From Myxococcota bacterium (lineage in GTDB: Bacteria > Myxococcota_A > UBA9160 > PR03): a stretch of DNA of 30,531 bases. A program made the translations under genes and the position numbers. The DNA lies in NCBI GenBank assembly GCA_041611735.1, contig JBFIML010000047.1, positions 1-30,531 of the forward strand, written 5' to 3'. Below the pieces are notes generated by a model that saw only the letters and a program-made list of their open reading frames with translations, was not told the origin of the DNA and made no database searches. Positions 26,776-30,531 of the stretch are shown here, one piece after another; positions within the stretch are counted from its first letter, which is position 1; every line of letters begins with the position of its first letter.

Positions 26776-26804
26776 AGCATGACGCCCTGGCCCGACGGTG
26801 TCAA
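26776..26804 (-). promoter_or_regulatory. Putative strong sigma70 promoter TTGACA-N17-CATGCT for the basic protein
   Basis: Perfect -35 TTGACA (26804-26799), a 17-nt spacer, and -10 CATGCT (26781-26776). Confidence 0.6.
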
Positions 26805-26819
26805 CGCTTTCCTGGGGGT

Positions 26820-27842
26820 TTAGGGGTCGGATTTGCGAGCCGAGATCCGTTTTTCGGGGGAACCGCTGGCCGCCCGCCGGGCGCGGGCCTCGGCCACCCG
26901 CCCCTCGAGGCGCTCGAGGACCCGGCCCTCGAGGACCACCCCCTCGAGGGCATCGACCTCCTGCATGCCCGTCGGGCTCGTGACGTTGACCTCGGTGAGC
27001 AGCCCCCCGATCACGTCGATCCCGACGAAGAAGAGCCCGTCGGCCCTCAGGCGGGGGGCGATCCGCTCCACGATGCGCAGGTCGTGGGCATCGAGGGCGG
27101 TGCGCTCGGGGCGCCCACCCACGTGCAGATTGGCCCGCGTCTCCTTCTCCGCCGGGACCCGGAGCAGCGCGCCGAGGGGCTCTCCCTCGAGGAGCAGGAT
27201 GCGCTTGTCGCCCTGGCGCACCTCCGGGAGGTAGCGCTGGGCCATGGTCCAGCGCCGGCCGAAGCCCGTCGCGGTCTCGAGGATCGAGAACAGGTTCCGG
27301 TCGTCGTGGCGGACGTGGAAGATGCCCTCGCCGCCCTTGCCCGCCAGGGGCTTCACGATCATCTCACCGCCGACCTTGGCCATGAAGTCCACCAGCTCGG
27401 GAATGCTCCGCGTCACGCGGCTCTCGGGCATGAGGTCGGCAAAGTGGAGCGTGTACAGCTTCTCGTTCGCCGCCAGGATGGCTTCGGGCCGGTTCAGGAC
27501 CAGGCAACGGCGGCACAGCATGAGCATCTGCGTGGCCACCATGTAGGCCTCGTCCACGGGGGGGTCCTTGCGCTGGAGCAGGACGTCCGCCTCGTCGTCC
27601 AGCACCACGGTGCGCGGGGGACCGAGATCGGCGTGCCGCCCCGCCTCGCGGCGCACGGTCGCCGGGCGCACCCGCGCCAGGAGCCGCCCGTCGTCCACGG
27701 TCAGGTCCCCGAGCTCGCAGTAGAGCACCCGATGGCCCCGGCGCTGGGCCTCCAGCATGAGCACGAAGGTGGTGTCCTTCTCGATGTCGATCGTGTCGAT
27801 CGGGTCCATCAAGAAGACCAGGGTGAGGGAGAGATGGGCCAC
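26820..27842 (-). CDS. gshB: Glutathione synthetase (ATP-grasp)
   Basis: Motifs FLMDPI...KDTTF, RKDPP, NEKL, KPLAGKGGEGIF, QRYLPEVRQGDKRI, RANLHVGG, GIDVIG...TEVNVTSPTG. GGAGG lies upstream of the GTG. Confidence 0.93.
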   Translation of the reverse strand: MAHLSLTLVFLMDPIDTIDIEKDTTFVLMLEAQRRGHRVLYCELGDLTVDDGRLLARVRPATVRREAGRHADLGPPRTVVLDDEADVLLQRKDPPVDEAYMVATQMLMLCRRCLVLNRPEAILAANEKLYTLHFADLMPESRVTRSIPELVDFMAKVGGEMIVKPLAGKGGEGIFHVRHDDRNLFSILETATGFGRRWTMAQRYLPEVRQGDKRILLLEGEPLGALLRVPAEKETRANLHVGGRPERTALDAHDLRIVERIAPRLRADGLFFVGIDVIGGLLTEVNVTSPTGMQEVDALEGVVLEGRVLERLEGRVAEARARRAASGSPEKRISARKSDP

Positions 27843-27925
27843 TGGAGCGGAGCCTCCGGCTGGCCGAAGCGGTAGCGCAGGGGGGAGGCCGTCGGCTACG
27901 GTGGGTCCCCTCGGGAGTGGATTCC

Positions 27926-30394
27926 ATGGCAGGACGTGGGGGGCGGCGCTCGCCGATCTGGATCGGCCTGGCGGCCTGCGCCGGGCTGCTGGCGATCGGC
28001 GCGGCTGCCGCGTGGGCGGCCTTCTACGTCACCTTCCTGCGCGACCTGCCCGACCTGCACGGAATCGCAGACTACCGGCCGCTGCTCGCCACCGTGGTGC
28101 TGGACCGCCATGGCCGGCCAGTAGGCGAGTTCTTCGAGGAGCGGCGTCGCCTGGTGAGCCTGGAGGAGGTCCCCGAGCACGTGGTCCTCGCCTTCGTGGC
28201 CGGCGAGGACGACGCCTTCTTCGAGCACCGGGGCATCGACTACCGCTCGATCGTGCGAGCAGCCTGGGTGGACCTGACCAGCGGTGAGATCCGGCAGGGC
28301 GCGAGCACCATCACCCAGCAGACCGTAAAGACGCTGCTGCTCACCCCGGAGCGACGCTTCAGCCGCAAGATCAAGGAGCTCATCCTGGCACGCCGTCTCG
28401 AGGAGCGGCTCACCAAGGAGGAGATCCTCTACCTGTATCTGAACCAGATCTACTTCGGGAACGGCGCTTGGGGCATCGGCGAGGCGGCGCGCAGCTACTT
28501 CGGCAAACCCGTGCGGGAGCTGGACGTCTCGGAGGGCGCGCTTCTGGCGGGTCTGCCCAAGGCCCCGTCGCGCTTCTCGCCCATGGCTCGTCCGGAGGCT
28601 GCCGAGAAACGACGCCAGTACGTACTGCGGCGCATGCTCGAGGAGGGCTATCTGGACCCGGCGGCCTACGAGGAGGCGCTGGCGAGTCGGCCGGAACTGC
28701 TGGGCCCCGCCGAGCAGGACGACTTCGAGGCGGCGCGCTGGTTCACGGAGGAGGTGCGGCGGAGGCTCTTCGAGCAGATCGGCGGGGAGCGGGTGCTGCG
28801 CGAGGGCCTGGTGGTGGAGACCACGCTGGACCTGGACCTGCAGCACGCCGCGGTGGCGGCACTGCGCCGAGGCCTCGAGGCGCTCGATCGACGCCAGGGC
28901 TGGCTCGGACCCGTGCGCCGTGTCCCGGCGACGGAGATTCCTGTCGAACGGAAACGCCTGGCCGAGGAGAACGGCTTCGCCGAGTCTCTTGACCACGCGC
29001 CGGGGGCGCTTCCCTCCGACCGGCCGCTGCTCGGGGTCGTAACGCACGTCGATTCCCGCACGAAGACCGCGCGCGTGGCCCTGGGGCCCGAGCACGAGGC
29101 GGACCTGCACCTCGTGGACCTCGAGTGGGCACAGCAGCGGCGCGAGGGGTCCGGCCGCCCTACGCCCCTCGACCAGGTGCTGCGGGTGGGCGACGTCGCC
29201 CGCTTCGCAGTGATCGAGGAGCCCTCCGACGGCGCCGGAGCGCGCGTCGTGGTCCACCAGGAGCCCGGTGTGGAGGGGGCGGTGCTCTCCTTCGAGCTCG
29301 GTTCCGGCGACGTGCTCGCCATGGTAGGTGGATACGACTTCACGCGCAGCGAGTTCAACCGCGCGGTGCAGGCCTCCCGACAGCCCGGCTCCGCGTTCAA
29401 GCCGATCATCTACTCTGCGGCGTTGTCTCGGGGCTACACGCCCGTCACCATCATCCACGACCGACCCGTGATCTACTCGGATCCGGAGACTGGCTTCACC
29501 TGGCGACCGGAGAACTACGGCCGCCGCTTCCTCGGGCCGATCCCCCTGCGCATGGCCCTGGCACGCTCGGTCAACAACGCCACGATCCACCTGCTCCGCG
29601 ACGTGGGCGTGGCGAACGTGGTGCGTCGGGCGCGCCGTCTCGGCATTCGGGCCTCGCTGGAGGCCGACCTCTCCCTGGCCCTCGGATCGAGCCCGGTTTC
29701 CCTCCTCGAGCTGACGCGGGCCTACGCTGCCTTCGGCGCCGGGGGACGCCGCGTCGAGCCGCGCTTCATCGTGCGCGTCCGCGACCGGGACGGGAACGTC
29801 CTGCTGGAGAACCTGCCTCTCGGCGAAGCCGATGCACAGCCGCTCGAGCCGGAACCTGCCTCGCTGGAGGCTGAGGCGGACCTCGCGGCTCCGCCCGCGC
29901 TGCCCGACGGCCAGCTCGTCCCGGAAGCCGAGGCCTACCTGGTGACGGACCTGTTGCGCGGCGTCATCGAGGATCCGCACGGAACCGGGCGCCGGGCACG
30001 TTCCCTGGGCCACGCGCTGGCCGGCAAGACGGGAACCACCAACGACCAGGGCGACGCCTGGTTCGTCGGCTTCTCACCGGACGTCGCCACCGGGGTGTGG
30101 GTGGGATACGACGAGCGCCGCGTGCTCGGTCCTGGAGAGACGGGGGGCCGCGCCGCGCTTCCGATCTGGATGGACGTGATGAAGACTGCCCTGGCGGAGC
30201 GGCCGGAGCAGAGCTTCCCGGTTCCGCCGGGCATCGTCTTCGCGCGGGTGGACCGGGAGACGGGGCTGTTGGCCGAGGGCGACGAGAAGGAGACGGTCTT
30301 CCAGGCCTTCCTGGCGGGGACCGAGCCGACCGAGACGGCTGCGCGCGCGCTGCCCGAGTCAGAATCTCGGCGCCTGCTCCGTCTCGACTTCTAG
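27926..30394 (+). CDS. mrcA: Class A penicillin-binding protein PBP1A (transglycosylase/transpeptidase)
   Basis: N-terminal TM anchor; GT51 motifs EDDAFFEHRG, QGASTITQQ, RKIKE, YLNQIYFG; an OB-like insert; TP motifs SAFK, SVN, KTG. I prefer the ATG at 27926 because GGAG lies 8 nt upstream. Confidence 0.93.
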   Translation: MAGRGGRRSPIWIGLAACAGLLAIGAAAAWAAFYVTFLRDLPDLHGIADYRPLLATVVLDRHGRPVGEFFEERRRLVSLEEVPEHVVLAFVAGEDDAFFEHRGIDYRSIVRAAWVDLTSGEIRQGASTITQQTVKTLLLTPERRFSRKIKELILARRLEERLTKEEILYLYLNQIYFGNGAWGIGEAARSYFGKPVRELDVSEGALLAGLPKAPSRFSPMARPEAAEKRRQYVLRRMLEEGYLDPAAYEEALASRPELLGPAEQDDFEAARWFTEEVRRRLFEQIGGERVLREGLVVETTLDLDLQHAAVAALRRGLEALDRRQGWLGPVRRVPATEIPVERKRLAEENGFAESLDHAPGALPSDRPLLGVVTHVDSRTKTARVALGPEHEADLHLVDLEWAQQRREGSGRPTPLDQVLRVGDVARFAVIEEPSDGAGARVVVHQEPGVEGAVLSFELGSGDVLAMVGGYDFTRSEFNRAVQASRQPGSAFKPIIYSAALSRGYTPVTIIHDRPVIYSDPETGFTWRPENYGRRFLGPIPLRMALARSVNNATIHLLRDVGVANVVRRARRLGIRASLEADLSLALGSSPVSLLELTRAYAAFGAGGRRVEPRFIVRVRDRDGNVLLENLPLGEADAQPLEPEPASLEAEADLAAPPALPDGQLVPEAEAYLVTDLLRGVIEDPHGTGRRARSLGHALAGKTGTTNDQGDAWFVGFSPDVATGVWVGYDERRVLGPGETGGRAALPIWMDVMKTALAERPEQSFPVPPGIVFARVDRETGLLAEGDEKETVFQAFLAGTEPTETAARALPESESRRLLRLDF

Positions 30395-30460
30395 CTTGTG
30401 GTTCGAAGATTGCGCCTGGGGGGGGGCCGGCCGGGGCCCGATCCGGGGGGATGGCTCGGG

Positions 30461-30531
30461 CTAGCGGGCGTAGACGGCCCGGTGGATGGGGCCGCGGGGC
30501 AGGCAGCGGGTGGGGATGCGGCGCTCGTAGC
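30461..30531 (-). CDS. Probable 3' end of an unidentified gene entering from the right edge (...YERRIPTRCLPRGPIHRAVYAR*)
   Basis: An open minus-strand frame with nearly all codons ending in C/G, stopping at TAG (30463-30461). Too short to identify. Confidence 0.4.
   Translation of the reverse strand, partial: YERRIPTRCLPRGPIHRAVYAR

Noticed and set aside
904-30394. Selenoprotein (in-frame UGA read-through) candidates, prompted by selB
   Set aside because: The TGA-terminated genes I could assign to a family end at a family-typical C-terminus or overlap the next start. I saw no catalytic Cys position replaced by TGA.
30418-30460. G-tract cluster (G9, G4, G6, G3) resembling a G-quadruplex motif
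   Set aside because: It is close to the window end, where homopolymer quality is doubtful, and G-runs are common at this GC content. There is no independent support.

Overview
This is very GC-rich bacterial DNA with dense, mostly core-metabolic gene content; the gene style suggests Myxococcota/deltaproteobacteria (inference only). In order: the 3' part of selB; a small 4-TM protein behind a sigma28-like promoter; an EamA transporter and a DUF4112 gene; a tightly coupled complex I operon on the minus strand (nuoA-E-F-G-H-J-K-L-M-N) lacking exactly the Q-module genes nuoB, C, D and I; gpsA; a cytochrome c/FTR1 iron permease behind a Fur-like box, coupled to a SHOCT lipoprotein; a 1038-aa fusion of a flippase-like (LPG-synthase TM) domain with a Thr-type sulfatase-like domain; an amidase; a plant-type cystathionine gamma-synthase behind a structured leader; ogt; an orphan sigma54 response regulator; a small tandem-repeat protein with a protamine-like tail and strong expression signals; gshB; and PBP1A. 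I found no mobile elements, CRISPR arrays, tRNAs or rRNAs. The best candidates for new biology are the repeat/Arg-tail protein (possible nucleoid protein), the flippase-sulfatase fusion, the Q-module-less nuo operon and the metB leader RNA. All family calls come from motif recognition by eye, not database searches.
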